Below, piece by piece: positions 8,194 through 17,482 of a DNA stretch of 64,000 nucleotides. The notes under the pieces are model-generated. The model saw only the letters and a list, made by a program, of their open reading frames with translations, ran no database searches and was not told the origin of the DNA. Origin of the DNA: a virus (Duplodnaviria > Caudoviricetes); IMG/VR virus record IMGVR_UViG_3300011335_000278, positions 3,447 to 67,446 of that record. One strand, written 5' to 3'. Made by a program: the position numbers and the translations under genes. Position 1 is the stretch's first letter. Each line of letters begins with the position of its first letter.

Positions 8194-10541
8194 TACTGTT
8201 TTATTTCCTGAATTGTGATTGATGAATTGGTAGCTGCATCCCTATTTAATTGAACCACACCGCCATTAACTAATAAAAGTTGGACATAGTATTGCAAAAA
8301 TCCAGTTGTGCCGTACGAACCATCTAACCATTGCATTGATGCGCTTGCGCCTTGATATGTGCTCCCCGTACTTTCATAACCAATAACATAAGCCATATAA
8401 AATGGTCCGCCTATTTGACTAGCCCCATTTAACAATACTCTGGCATTAGTGTAACCACCACCTGTAGGCGACCTAAATATACCACTTAAACTAACAGTAA
8501 TTAATAATTTACTATTTGCATAGTATGGGTAAATAGCCACGTTTACACTAGTATCACCCCAGTATCCGGGTCCGTAGCTATTCTCTGTCATAGTGTTAAA
8601 ACTTACAGTTTGCACAACTGCACCAACACTTACAGGTCCAGTAGGTCCTGTTGGGCCAGTAGGTCCCGTTGGTCCGGGGCTTCCAGTAGGTCCGGGTCCG
8701 CCAGAAGGTCCTGTGGGTCCAGTTGGTCCGGGACTCCCAGTTGATCCAGTTGGTCCAGTAGGGCCAGTAGGACCGGGTGCGCCTGTTCCACCAGTAGGTC
8801 CAGTAGGTCCAAGAGGGCCAGTAGGTCCGGGGCTTCCTGTTGAGCCAGTAGGTCCGGGAGGTCCGGGAACAGTAGAAGTAGGTCCTGTGGGTCCGGTAGG
8901 ACCAGTTGGTCCGGGAACGGTAGATGCTGGGCCTGTAGGTCCAGTTGGCCCTGTTGGTCCTTGAGGTCCTAAAGGGCCTGTTGGTCCTGTCGGTCCGGTT
9001 GGCCCTTGTGGAACTACAAAGTTAAATACCGCAGCAGTAGGAGATCCTACATTAGTTACAGATGCCGGTCCAGTGCTTGTTGTTCCTGCTGCTACTGTAG
9101 CTCCCGGTCCAGTTGGTCCTGTGGCTCCTGTTGGTCCAGTTGGCCCTATTGGCCCTGTTGGTCCGGGTGAACCCGTTGAACCTGTTGGACCTGTTGGCCC
9201 TAAAGGTCCTGTTGGCCCCGGTGCGCCTGTTGAACCTGTTGGTCCTGTTGGTCCAGTTGGACCTGTTGGACCTGTAGTAGCCGCCCAAGCATAGCCAGTT
9301 CCTGTCCATTGCAAGTATGTGCTTGCTGTTACTGGGGCAGGAGCAAATGTAGTAGCACTAGATCCACTTTGATAAGGTATTTGATTAGCCGCTCCACCAG
9401 CAATATTAGTAGAAGTTGTAGCAGATGTAGCAGTTGCTGCATTGCCGCCAATAGAAAATCCTGATGCGGTTCCAGTAATATTAGTACCAACTAATGAGCT
9501 AGGTGTACCTAAAGCTGGAGTTACTAAAGTTGGAGAGTTAGATAATACATTATTTCCGGAACCTGTAGATGTAGTAACACCTGTACCACCAGCTGCAACA
9601 GGTAGAGTGCCAGCAGCTAAAGCACTTGATGATGTAGAGTAAAGGGCATTGTTAGCCGCAGTAAATGTAGTTAATCCTGTACCACCGTAAGGAGGCTGAA
9701 CTGTTCCACCATTCCATGTACCCCCTGTAATTACAGTACCATTTAAAGCTAAAGAGTTTGTACCCCATTGAACGCTTTCAGGTATGTATGCGTGTACGTC
9801 CCATATACCAGCCACTGTGACATTAGCTAATAAAGATATATTTGCAGCGCCGCCGGGGGCTATAGTACCTACTGCTCCAGAAGCGTTATCAACAATAGTT
9901 AATGTGCCAGTAGCATTGTTATTAAATTCAAACGCAGTTGTGTTAGTTAGTGTTGTTGCATCAGGTAGTTTAAAAGTTTGCCCGCCCGTGCCGTTTAACA
10001 CCCAACTAAATGTAGATGCAACTGTTAATGTAGTTGTTCCACCAGCCGCTGTTACTGTAGTAGTGCTTTGGTTAAGTCGGTTAATAGATACATTTTGATT
10101 AGCATCCCGTAACATTACAGAATTAGCGCCAGATGAAGTTGTTACACCTGTACCACCATAAGCAACAGGAATAGTTGTTCCATTCCAAACGCCAGAAGTA
10201 ATTGTACCTAACGGTGTAACATTACCAGAAGCATCTAAGTTAACAGATTTACCAGCTGGGTAAGTAACAAATATGTTACAAGTACCTACAAATGTAACCG
10301 CAGCGTTAGAGTTTGAGGAAGAATAAACCGTTGTACGAGTTAAAGTAGGGCCTGTAGTTGAATATGTGCCAAGACCTACTTCCCAATTTCCAGAAGAATC
10401 GGTAGCAGCATAGTAAGTGGTGTTGGTATTACCAACAACCGTAAAAGACTGGAATCCGTCTACATTCCCAGTTAGTGTAAAACTAACAGTTGTGTTTGCA
10501 GTCCCAGTCTGTTGAACCCGGTCATAAACTACGAGAGCCAT
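8193..10541 (-). CDS. Collagen-like tail fibre, 782 aa
   Basis: Long (Gly-Pro-Thr)n tracts encoded at about 8630-9290; N-terminal virion-anchor region; GGTG shaft modules shared with 4146-6260. Confidence 0.85.
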   Translation of the reverse strand: MALVVYDRVQQTGTANTTVSFTLTGNVDGFQSFTVVGNTNTTYYAATDSSGNWEVGLGTYSTTGPTLTRTTVYSSSNSNAAVTFVGTCNIFVTYPAGKSVNLDASGNVTPLGTITSGVWNGTTIPVAYGGTGVTTSSGANSVMLRDANQNVSINRLNQSTTTVTAAGGTTTLTVASTFSWVLNGTGGQTFKLPDATTLTNTTAFEFNNNATGTLTIVDNASGAVGTIAPGGAANISLLANVTVAGIWDVHAYIPESVQWGTNSLALNGTVITGGTWNGGTVQPPYGGTGLTTFTAANNALYSTSSSALAAGTLPVAAGGTGVTTSTGSGNNVLSNSPTLVTPALGTPSSLVGTNITGTASGFSIGGNAATATSATTSTNIAGGAANQIPYQSGSSATTFAPAPVTASTYLQWTGTGYAWAATTGPTGPTGPTGPTGSTGAPGPTGPLGPTGPTGSTGSPGPTGPIGPTGPTGATGPTGPGATVAAGTTSTGPASVTNVGSPTAAVFNFVVPQGPTGPTGPTGPLGPQGPTGPTGPTGPASTVPGPTGPTGPTGPTSTVPGPPGPTGSTGSPGPTGPLGPTGPTGGTGAPGPTGPTGPTGSTGSPGPTGPTGPSGGPGPTGSPGPTGPTGPTGPTGPVSVGAVVQTVSFNTMTENSYGPGYWGDTSVNVAIYPYYANSKLLITVSLSGIFRSPTGGGYTNARVLLNGASQIGGPFYMAYVIGYESTGSTYQGASASMQWLDGSYGTTGFLQYYVQLLLVNGGVVQLNRDAATNSSITIQEIKQ
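8630..9290 (-). repeat. Collagen Gly-X-Y repeat tracts (mostly GPT), three blocks
   Basis: 9-nt periodic DNA with synonymous variation, in frame within 8193-10541. Confidence 0.95.
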
Positions 10542-10551
10542 TTAGGACTCC

Positions 10552-11151
10552 TTAACTTGTAGCAGTTGTACTATATGTAACAGTAACAGTATCACCTGAA
10601 GTCACGGTTTTTGCTGTACTAAAGTTTCCTTCAGAATATAAAACTCCAGCCGTGCTTGAGATTGTACTAACAGCGCCTGTACCTGTAACCAAGAAACATC
10701 CATAAACTGTAGCTGAACCTGTCATTGTGTAGGTAATTGCAGTTGCAGTTGATGTTGTGACGTTTGATGGAGTTAGACCAGATGAACTTGCAGCAGCAAA
10801 TACGGCTGTTCCACGAACTGCTGAACCACCAACTGTATAAGTTGTTAGCTCAGTCCATGTTTTAGAAGTCATTGTATCTGCGGCAGCAAATGTTGTGCTG
10901 TTATTAATTAGACCTAAAAACGGTCCAACTGTAGTGTATGTACCAGATGTTCTGAGTAGTGTATTGAGCATTAACTCTTTACCTACGGCTACAACTAAGT
11001 TAGGAAAATTTTCTTCCCACTTTAGATTGCCAGAAGCATCACGACACTCAACAATATATTGACCATCAACGCCCATTCCTTCAGGAATAACAGCGTTAGC
11101 TTGTAATGTGGCTATAGCGTTATCGCCAAAACCTTGAATTTCTTTGTGCAT
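10552..11151 (-). CDS. Tail-module structural protein, 199 aa
   Basis: Thr-rich, beta-type composition; co-oriented in the structural operon. Confidence 0.55.
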   Translation of the reverse strand: MHKEIQGFGDNAIATLQANAVIPEGMGVDGQYIVECRDASGNLKWEENFPNLVVAVGKELMLNTLLRTSGTYTTVGPFLGLINNSTTFAAADTMTSKTWTELTTYTVGGSAVRGTAVFAAASSSGLTPSNVTTSTATAITYTMTGSATVYGCFLVTGTGAVSTISSTAGVLYSEGNFSTAKTVTSGDTVTVTYSTTATS

Positions 11152-11159
11152 ATTTACTC

Positions 11160-11591
11160 CTAAGAGATTGTTATTACTGCGGTTGTCGAACTAGGTGTTG
11201 GGAAAGTAATCGTAAACGTACCCGTTGTTGTTTTATCTGACCCAAAGTTTAAAACTGCTACTGTTGCGGTTGTTGTACTATTGTAAATCAATGCACCCCT
11301 ACAAGTAAAGGATGCCCCCGTCCAAGTTACTGGGTCAAATGATATGTAAGCCACATTATTTGATATATCTCCAGTAGGCCTTGTTGATATAACTAAATCT
11401 TTTCCGCCAGCTGTGTATCCTGTACCTGTAATTTCATTTAAAGTTGTATATACCGCCGTTGAATTATTTAACTCAGCGTTTGCATTATACAAAGCAATTT
11501 TGTAAGTATAAGAAGTTCCAACAGCAAAATTAACCAATCCACTAAGCGCATCGGTCTTAAACCTTGTAGTTTGTCCTTGGATTATGGTCAT
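11160..11591 (-). CDS. Tail-module structural protein, 143 aa
   Basis: YKIALY...GYTAGG...RGALIYN...VAVLNFG motif; located in the structural operon. Confidence 0.55.
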   Translation of the reverse strand: MTIIQGQTTRFKTDALSGLVNFAVGTSYTYKIALYNANAELNNSTAVYTTLNEITGTGYTAGGKDLVISTRPTGDISNNVAYISFDPVTWTGASFTCRGALIYNSTTTATVAVLNFGSDKTTTGTFTITFPTPSSTTAVITIS

Positions 11592-12286
11592 GCTACAACA
11601 TTACCTTTAAGGTTTGTGTTCAGTTTAGTCTGACCATCACGATATGCATCACCACGCTCAAGTCCGTTACCTAATCTAGTTAAGAGAGCTAATGATTCTG
11701 TATAACGATCTTTATAAAAATTAATAAGTTCTGCATCTGATTTCATATACGCCGCTGCCTCTAGCAGTGAGCCATATAGAAGAACAGTATCAAAGTTATC
11801 ACCAAGCCAAGTAGTGCCAGCGGTAACAATAGATTGTGGATAGTAGAAATAATGTAATTCTACTGTGTAGTTGCTGTTTGGAGTAGGCCCTATAATAAAA
11901 CTTAACTCGTTTGGAGAAGAAAATTGTGGTCCAAATAATGCATAGTATGCGGGTAAACCCGTATCTGCTGGTGTTGGATACGCTTCACGAATAAAGTTTA
12001 CATCTTTATTTAATAAAAACGTGTATGTTTCTGTAGCTGTCCCAGCATTTTCAATAACAGCTAAAGAATAAGTAGCCAAATAATCAGTAGGTGCTGACAA
12101 ATATTTATTATTAACAGTTAAATTACCCAATACATTTTTTCGTAACGAAGGTAACTGAACTGTATTATAAATACGCTGTTCTGCCTGTTGTACAAACACA
12201 GGAATATTTTCTACGAAACCACCTGTTCCAGTATCGTAGTTTTCAGCGTATGCCTCTATAGCGGCTTTTAATTCAGTGTAATTCAT
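11588..12286 (-). CDS. Head-tail adaptor / tail tubular protein-like, 232 aa
   Basis: MNYTELK...FVQQAEQRIY...GPTP...YTVELHY...LLYGSLLEAAAYMK pattern of phage adaptor proteins. Confidence 0.6.
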   Translation of the reverse strand: MNYTELKAAIEAYAENYDTGTGGFVENIPVFVQQAEQRIYNTVQLPSLRKNVLGNLTVNNKYLSAPTDYLATYSLAVIENAGTATETYTFLLNKDVNFIREAYPTPADTGLPAYYALFGPQFSSPNELSFIIGPTPNSNYTVELHYFYYPQSIVTAGTTWLGDNFDTVLLYGSLLEAAAYMKSDAELINFYKDRYTESLALLTRLGNGLERGDAYRDGQTKLNTNLKGNVVA

Positions 12287-12546
12287 TAAGCCATTGGCCC
12301 TCTAGCCATTAAACCTTTAGTTGCAGCGCCTGTACCACGAATTTTAATAGCACCGTTAGGGTTCTCTGGAGTATAACTTCCTTTGCTAATTCCACCAACT
12401 GCAATATTCATTTTGTCCATTAACTGCGCACCAGTACCACTATTGGTTTTCATAGAGAGTTTTTTACCAGACATAGTATGTGGCTCTGCATAGACACTAG
12501 CATCACCAACTTCTTTACCCATCATTTTTTTTGAAAACTTTGCCAT
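12286..12546 (-). CDS. Small basic Met/Lys/Gly-rich protein, 86 aa
   Basis: Coupled ORF; ends KIRGTGAATKGLMARGPMA. Confidence 0.6.
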   Translation of the reverse strand: MAKFSKKMMGKEVGDASVYAEPHTMSGKKLSMKTNSGTGAQLMDKMNIAVGGISKGSYTPENPNGAIKIRGTGAATKGLMARGPMA

Positions 12547-12734
12547 TATCTTCCCCTTTGTGCAGCTAATTTAGCTAAATTACGTCCCATTGATTTCATA
12601 TTAGCATTAGTTTTTCCTACGCCATTTTTTATTGGGCCATTTTGTGTTTTAGATGTTGGTCCAGAATTTCCTAAATTTGTACCTTCAGTTTTACCTTTTT
12701 TTGCTACTCCATCGGCTGATTTTCTATATCCCAT
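12546..12734 (-). CDS. Small basic protein with an N-terminal SADGVAKKGKT tag, 62 aa
   Basis: Shares the ADG-x-A-x-KGKT motif with the 14351-16672 array. Confidence 0.65.
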   Translation of the reverse strand: MGYRKSADGVAKKGKTEGTNLGNSGPTSKTQNGPIKNGVGKTNANMKSMGRNLAKLAAQRGR

Positions 12735-12743
12735 TTTACACTC

Positions 12744-13193
12744 CTAAGTTGTCGAGATTGTTACACTATTTACAGTTCCCGTTGCAACCAATGCATTGGG
12801 TGTTAAAACTCTATCAAAACTTCTAGATCCACCAACAGGTGCCCATCCCCATTCAAATACTCTACTACCGCCTTCTTGGTATCCATTTTCATCTATAGTA
12901 TTATTAGTACCGTTTTGAATCTGTAAACCGCTTACACCAGAAGCTAAGTAACTTGTATCAGGTCTTGGCTCTCTTACCGCTTGCGGATCATCTACAGGGT
13001 ACATACCTAAAGATAACTGCGGTTGATCAGGCTCCCAACACTCATTACAAACTTTAATATTCTTCATTTGCTGCTTAATGACCAGCTTTCTAAGTTCTTT
13101 TAACTTAAACCGCTGACCACATCTATCACATTCGGCAATTGCAAACTTGCCACTACTAAACTTATTAGGCATAGAATAAAGTCCTTGGCACAA
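12744..13193 (-). CDS. Conserved phage protein with two CxxC motifs (possible Zn ribbon); likely start 13172
   Basis: CDRCGQRF...VCNECWEPDQP. Confidence 0.6.
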   Translation of the reverse strand: MCQGLYSMPNKFSSGKFAIAECDRCGQRFKLKELRKLVIKQQMKNIKVCNECWEPDQPQLSLGMYPVDDPQAVREPRPDTSYLASGVSGLQIQNGTNNTIDENGYQEGGSRVFEWGWAPVGGSRSFDRVLTPNALVATGTVNSVTISTT

Positions 13194-14100
13194 ATCTAGA
13201 AGGCGCTTTATCCCTATCTTCTGTAGATGCCAGTAACCATTGTTCTTCGTACTCTTGCTTTAAAAATCCTATCCGTGCTTGTCCTTCTGGTAGTTTCTGC
13301 GCCATATAAAACGCTAGTCCAGCTACCATGCAAGGTAATAATCTAAACGGAATATCCTGTTCTGTTGTACCATTGCCGGCATCTTGTATTCTACGCATAC
13401 GCCAGTAAACAAAAGTATATGGTGCTCCGCCAGCATCAGGTGTAGGCCAAACATTTATACATGGCAAATTCTGAATAGTTACAGATGCGCCATCAGCATG
13501 AGTAGTAGCAGTCGTTCCGTTCTGCCCACGAGCACAGTTAGTTAGGGTATTACCTACTATGTTTGGATAACTAATAACCTCTGTGCCTATTAATACAAAT
13601 CCGGCACTTGGTAAATTAGCGCTTGATGAAACATTAATTGAAGTAGCTGTTGCAGTTACCGTTCCACTATTGTTTGCTAACACAGTAGATGCTACAGCAT
13701 TAGTCATTGCAGTTTGACGGTTAATCCATACTTGAATTGGTCTACCCGTAGTTAGTTTATTAGGAATAGTAGAGTAAGTAGACTCAGATATACGGCTAAT
13801 GTTTATGTCAACCTGATTGCTTGCTGATCCGTTATTCTGACGGATAACCATATCTAATAGGTCTATTGTATTGTTTGGTATAGCGTATAACGCCTGTCCT
13901 GTAACAAGGTTTATCTGTCCTTGCTCAATAGTCCATAGATTAATACCACGGTTAGCCCATTCAATACTTAATAAGTTTAAAGATCTACGGGCAGTGCGCA
14001 AGTCATAACCGCTACGCAACTGAGAACCGCAACGCTCAAAAGCCTCTTCAACAAGGTTGTTAAGGTCTAGATTAAATGTTGTGATTCCTGAAGTTGTCAT
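13165..14100 (-). CDS. Head completion / connector-type structural protein, 311 aa
   Basis: EEAFERCG...ARRSLNLL..EWANRG.NLWTI...CMVAGLAFY motifs; lies between the head and tail genes. Confidence 0.55.
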   Translation of the reverse strand: MTTSGITTFNLDLNNLVEEAFERCGSQLRSGYDLRTARRSLNLLSIEWANRGINLWTIEQGQINLVTGQALYAIPNNTIDLLDMVIRQNNGSASNQVDINISRISESTYSTIPNKLTTGRPIQVWINRQTAMTNAVASTVLANNSGTVTATATSINVSSSANLPSAGFVLIGTEVISYPNIVGNTLTNCARGQNGTTATTHADGASVTIQNLPCINVWPTPDAGGAPYTFVYWRMRRIQDAGNGTTEQDIPFRLLPCMVAGLAFYMAQKLPEGQARIGFLKQEYEEQWLLASTEDRDKAPSRFVPRTLFYA

Positions 14101-14378
14101 TACTTCCTCTTTTTAGCCGTCTTTGCTGAATTGATGAAATCCATTGCGGAGGGGGCACCTTTGGCTCCGACTTTCCGCATTTTCTCCCCAGAACCAGCAG
14201 CAATTCTTTTACGCTTTGCATTGATATTATCATATAAACCGACTTTACCACCCTCGGCAAATTGAGTAAAGTCCGTATTATCTCTACGAGCTTTCTTTTT
14301 ACCGCCGGGCATTTTAGATGGGCTTATTGCACCCATTCCACGAGATGGCCTCATTTTTTGTACATACCTCCACCACAC
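14100..14378 (-). CDS. Small basic protein with an FAEGG motif; likely start 14354
   Basis: ORF track; very Lys/Arg-rich; an ATGA overlap at 14351-14354 supports the shorter start. Confidence 0.6.
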   Translation of the reverse strand: MWWRYVQKMRPSRGMGAISPSKMPGGKKKARRDNTDFTQFAEGGKVGLYDNINAKRKRIAAGSGEKMRKVGAKGAPSAMDFINSAKTAKKRK

Positions 14379-14680
14379 ATTACAATTGTTCCTTTAGTCT
14401 TGCCACGAATAGCGCAACCATCAGCACGTTTAGATGCACTACCAACACTACCACCTTTTTTATATCCCGCACCTTGGTAAGCTTCATATTCACGAACTGG
14501 CTCTGGAACTGATTCCCTCATTTTTTTACCAGTACGAATTTCATCACGGGCAGATTTAGCCATTGTTGTAGATATTTTAGATAGAAAGTCTTTTTCCCCT
14601 TCAATACCGCTTTGCATTAATTCACGGGATCTATCTAGTTTTTCTACTTCTTTGTAAGTTGGTTTGCGTATGTTAGCCAT
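14351..14680 (-). CDS. GG-tag family small protein, 109 aa
   Basis: C-terminal YKKGGSVGSASKRADGCAIRGKTKG. Confidence 0.75.
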   Translation of the reverse strand: MANIRKPTYKEVEKLDRSRELMQSGIEGEKDFLSKISTTMAKSARDEIRTGKKMRESVPEPVREYEAYQGAGYKKGGSVGSASKRADGCAIRGKTKGTIVMCGGGMYKK

Positions 14681-14681
14681 G

Positions 14682-15239
14682 TTAACAAGCTCCGCCCTTG
14701 TTCATTCTTACCATTGTACCTTTAGTTAAACCTTTTTTTGCAACACCGTTAGCGGCTGAACGGAAAGATCCACCTTTGGCTAGTTTAAGCTTAGTACCTT
14801 TACCGCCTTTGTGCTCTTGCTCATCATGCTGTCGAATAGCTTTTTTAATCATAGCTTTATCTTGAGCCATATCGGATTTCATTTCACTCTTTTCAGAATG
14901 AGCCATTCCACCTTTTTTCATTGGCATTGCAGGCGTTCCGGGTTGAGGCATTCCAGCTTGACCAGTTTGATTATCCATACCCATACGACCACGCATTGGC
15001 ATTTGTGGCATTGAAGCTCTTTTAGGCATTGCTGGTCTTTTAGCTGCCATTAATGCTGCCATCATTTTAGGATCCATTTTTGAAGCCATAGTATCACCAC
15101 CTTTTTTAAAAGTTTTGCCTTTGTCGGCGTTTGAAAATTCACGCCCCACAGACTGTGGGACACCTACCTTCTTAGCAAAAGCTTTATTATGAGCTATTGC
15201 TTCCATAAAATTATGTTGCTTTTTTGATTTACTAGGCAC
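14682..15239 (-). CDS. GG-tag family Met/Lys-rich protein, 185 aa
   Basis: FKKGG, MKKGG, LAKGGSFRSAANGVAKKGLTKG and MNKGG motifs. Confidence 0.75.
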   Translation of the reverse strand: MPSKSKKQHNFMEAIAHNKAFAKKVGVPQSVGREFSNADKGKTFKKGGDTMASKMDPKMMAALMAAKRPAMPKRASMPQMPMRGRMGMDNQTGQAGMPQPGTPAMPMKKGGMAHSEKSEMKSDMAQDKAMIKKAIRQHDEQEHKGGKGTKLKLAKGGSFRSAANGVAKKGLTKGTMVRMNKGGAC

Positions 15240-15852
15240 GAGTAAAACCTTTTCTTGCTATACCATCCGCACGTTTTGATGCTTTTGATCGAACAACGCC
15301 ACCTTTTTTCATACCTGATCTACCAAACGAATCTAACATTTCTTTAGTAGATTCATTTTCAGAAATGCGAGGACCACGACTAAGGCCTTCCTCGCCATAT
15401 TCTTTTAATCGTTCTTTAGAACTTTTAGATAATTCAGCTTTATCACGCATGTTAACAACTTTGTCAATTGCTGGACCAATGCCTGATTTTTCTACAATGT
15501 TTTTACCCAAATCTGGATAATTTTTATTTAATTCGTTTCCTATTACCGACCCAATTCCCAATCCAGTTCCTAAAACACCAGCCCTACTCATATGTCGAGT
15601 AATTCCACGCCCCGCTGCATCTTTTTGCGACAGGTTTCCATGTGGACTGTTACGTCTTGATTCTGTTTGTGCTGGGCTTTCTCCTGCAGCATCTAATCCT
15701 TTTTTAATGCGTTCATTATCTGCTTTAACAGATTTTAAAAAATCTTCGTTTAAATTTGCTGTATAGTCTTGAGCATTAGTTTGATTAGGAGACTTGTAAT
15801 CGTACCCTTCTTTTGCTGGTTTATTTAACCTACCAAGAATTTTGCCAGCCAT
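15232..15852 (-). CDS. GG-tag family protein, 206 aa
   Basis: C-terminal MKKGGVVRSKASKRADGIARKGFTRA. Confidence 0.75.
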   Translation of the reverse strand: MAGKILGRLNKPAKEGYDYKSPNQTNAQDYTANLNEDFLKSVKADNERIKKGLDAAGESPAQTESRRNSPHGNLSQKDAAGRGITRHMSRAGVLGTGLGIGSVIGNELNKNYPDLGKNIVEKSGIGPAIDKVVNMRDKAELSKSSKERLKEYGEEGLSRGPRISENESTKEMLDSFGRSGMKKGGVVRSKASKRADGIARKGFTRA

Positions 15853-16148
15853 TACACCATTCTCCCTTTGGTCTTGCCTTTAATACAGCATCCGTCTGCA
15901 CGTTTAGACGCACTAGATACAGATCCGCCTTTTTTCATAGACTTTATTTTATTTACTGGAATATTATCAAAACCTTCTACCCCTGTTTTTATTTTTGAAT
16001 CAGTTGGAGTTAATTTTTTTAATGGGACATCGTTTATATCTCTACCATTCATTTCAAAAGCATAATCTTTGTTTGGTTTAACCAGCATTTTTTTGTCTGT
16101 TGCTTTGCCAGATTTTAATGCGTTTGAAAATTCTTCTATATCAGCCAT
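15852..16148 (-). CDS. GG-tag family protein, 98 aa
   Basis: C-terminal MKKGGSVSSASKRADGCCIKGKTKGRMV. Confidence 0.75.
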   Translation of the reverse strand: MADIEEFSNALKSGKATDKKMLVKPNKDYAFEMNGRDINDVPLKKLTPTDSKIKTGVEGFDNIPVNKIKSMKKGGSVSSASKRADGCCIKGKTKGRMV

Positions 16149-16672
16149 TATATTATCCGTCCTCTTGTTTTTCCTTTAATTGCGCAACCGTCAGCTCTTT
16201 TAGATGCGCTTGATACAGTGCCACCTTTTTTAAAAGTTCCTCCAATTCCAACGGTTAAATTTGGTTTAGAACGGCCCCCTGCACCTTTATTAAGCCCTAA
16301 TCTAAGTCCATCTTTTTTGTAATTTATATCTGTTCCTGTAAATTTAGTTATTTTTTCACCTTGAGGAGTTTCTAAATGAACTCCTGATCCACCTATTCCA
16401 AATTCTCCGTAATCTGTTTTTTTGTTAAGTCCTAGCCTAGCAAATGCGCCCTTTGGTGTTGGCATACCGCTTTCAGGTGGCGGTGATGGCATAGATCCAC
16501 CACCCAAAGAAAATGGTGTTTTTGCAAAGTTTGGAAAATCTGCTCTATATCTTGCCTCATCACTGTCTTCAGGCATAGCACTTTTAGCTATTTTACTAGA
16601 CAACGATTCTTCTATATCTCTATCGCCAGTTACATAGAGATCAGCAGTTGGATCGTATTTAGCTCGTGGCAT
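16148..16672 (-). CDS. GG-tag family protein, 174 aa
   Basis: C-terminal FKKGGTVSSASKRADGCAIKGKTRGRII. Confidence 0.75.
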   Translation of the reverse strand: MPRAKYDPTADLYVTGDRDIEESLSSKIAKSAMPEDSDEARYRADFPNFAKTPFSLGGGSMPSPPPESGMPTPKGAFARLGLNKKTDYGEFGIGGSGVHLETPQGEKITKFTGTDINYKKDGLRLGLNKGAGGRSKPNLTVGIGGTFKKGGTVSSASKRADGCAIKGKTRGRII

Positions 16673-16674
16673 CT

Positions 16675-16917
16675 TTATCTCGAAATAAGCTGATCAATTT
16701 TGTTTTCAAGCTTGTTAAACCTTGCGTCAATGTGTTCAACAATGCGGTCAACTTCTGCTTTAGTGACGTTATCACGGGCTACCTCTTCTCTTGTTTTGTT
16801 TAACAAAATACTAATACGGGCTAACTCTGCAAACTTTTCGTGCATCATGTATCCAATTACTGCTATTAGTATAGTCAGTCCGCTTGTCCATAATTCCATC
16901 ATGTTTAGCATTTCCAT
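16675..16917 (-). CDS. Small TM plus coiled-coil protein, 80 aa
   Basis: N-terminal hydrophobic helix followed by heptad-like EHIDARFNKLENKIDQL. Confidence 0.6.
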   Translation of the reverse strand: MEMLNMMELWTSGLTILIAVIGYMMHEKFAELARISILLNKTREEVARDNVTKAEVDRIVEHIDARFNKLENKIDQLISR

Positions 16918-17162
16918 CTCTTTAGACTAGCAGCCTTCCTAGTTGGTTTGCCGTTCTCGTCTTTCATTGGTCCGGGCATCCCTGACATTCTAGCGCAGAA
17001 TGACCTCTTTCTTGCGCCACCTTGTGGTTGCGGAGCCTTTAGATTAGACCCCGTAGCCGCATTATACTTAGCTCTGCCTTTTGCAGTAAGGCCCGCCCCT
17101 TTAGATACAGGTAGCTTCTCACCCCTACCAATAGCCAGAGACGGACCTTTTTTCTTAGCCAT
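16905..17162 (-). CDS. Conserved small basic phage protein, 85 aa
   Basis: GLTAKGRAKYN...RSFCARMSGM...SLKRWKC. Confidence 0.65.
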   Translation of the reverse strand: MAKKKGPSLAIGRGEKLPVSKGAGLTAKGRAKYNAATGSNLKAPQPQGGARKRSFCARMSGMPGPMKDENGKPTRKAASLKRWKC

Positions 17163-17439
17163 AAAACACCGTGATTTTTGCGCCAGTTGGCAAAGTTACA
17201 TGAACATCTGTTCTAAATAAAATTCCTTCACCGGGAATTAAAAAAGATAAAGGATTTGTTGGTGTTGCAGAAATGTTAAATTGCAGTCGAACAATACCAG
17301 TAGCGCCACCATCACGAAGGATAATGTCTCCAGCAGTTCCACCAGTTAAAAACTGATAGCCTTTAACACGAGTACCGTAACTTACCATAGTACCCGTTGC
17401 TTCAACGTGTGCAGCTTGTACATCGGTTTGCATACCCAT
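17155..17439 (-). CDS. Small beta-rich virion-associated protein, 94 aa
   Basis: RBS (aggag) upstream; PGEGILF motif; head-gene neighbourhood. Confidence 0.55.
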   Translation of the reverse strand: MGMQTDVQAAHVEATGTMVSYGTRVKGYQFLTGGTAGDIILRDGGATGIVRLQFNISATPTNPLSFLIPGEGILFRTDVHVTLPTGAKITVFYG

Positions 17440-17451
17440 AATTAATCTCCT

Positions 17452-17475
17452 AAAGTTAAAAGGGGGCGAACCCCC
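17452..17475 (-). terminator. Intrinsic terminator
   Basis: Minus strand GGGGG-UUCG-CCCCC hairpin followed by UUUUAACUUU, just after the 17483-17974 stop. Confidence 0.75.
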
Positions 17476-17482
17476 AGATTAA

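Noticed and set aside
8630-9290. Periodic DNA repeats as a CRISPR array or satellite
   Set aside because: 9-nt periodicity with third-position variation is collagen coding; there are no constant repeats with unique spacers.
4597-9642. Long plus-strand ORFs (4597-5043, 5752-6498, 8593-8964, 9073-9294, 9442-9642)
   Set aside because: They are antisense shadows of Thr/Gly/Pro-rich fibre genes. They read as mirror low-complexity Val/Pro/Ala sequence and have no RBS support.
14390-16240. Recurrent ~70-nt DNA segments as CRISPR repeats or insertion elements
   Set aside because: They are degenerate, in-frame codons of the KKGG/SASKRADG protein tag, and the conservation is at protein level.
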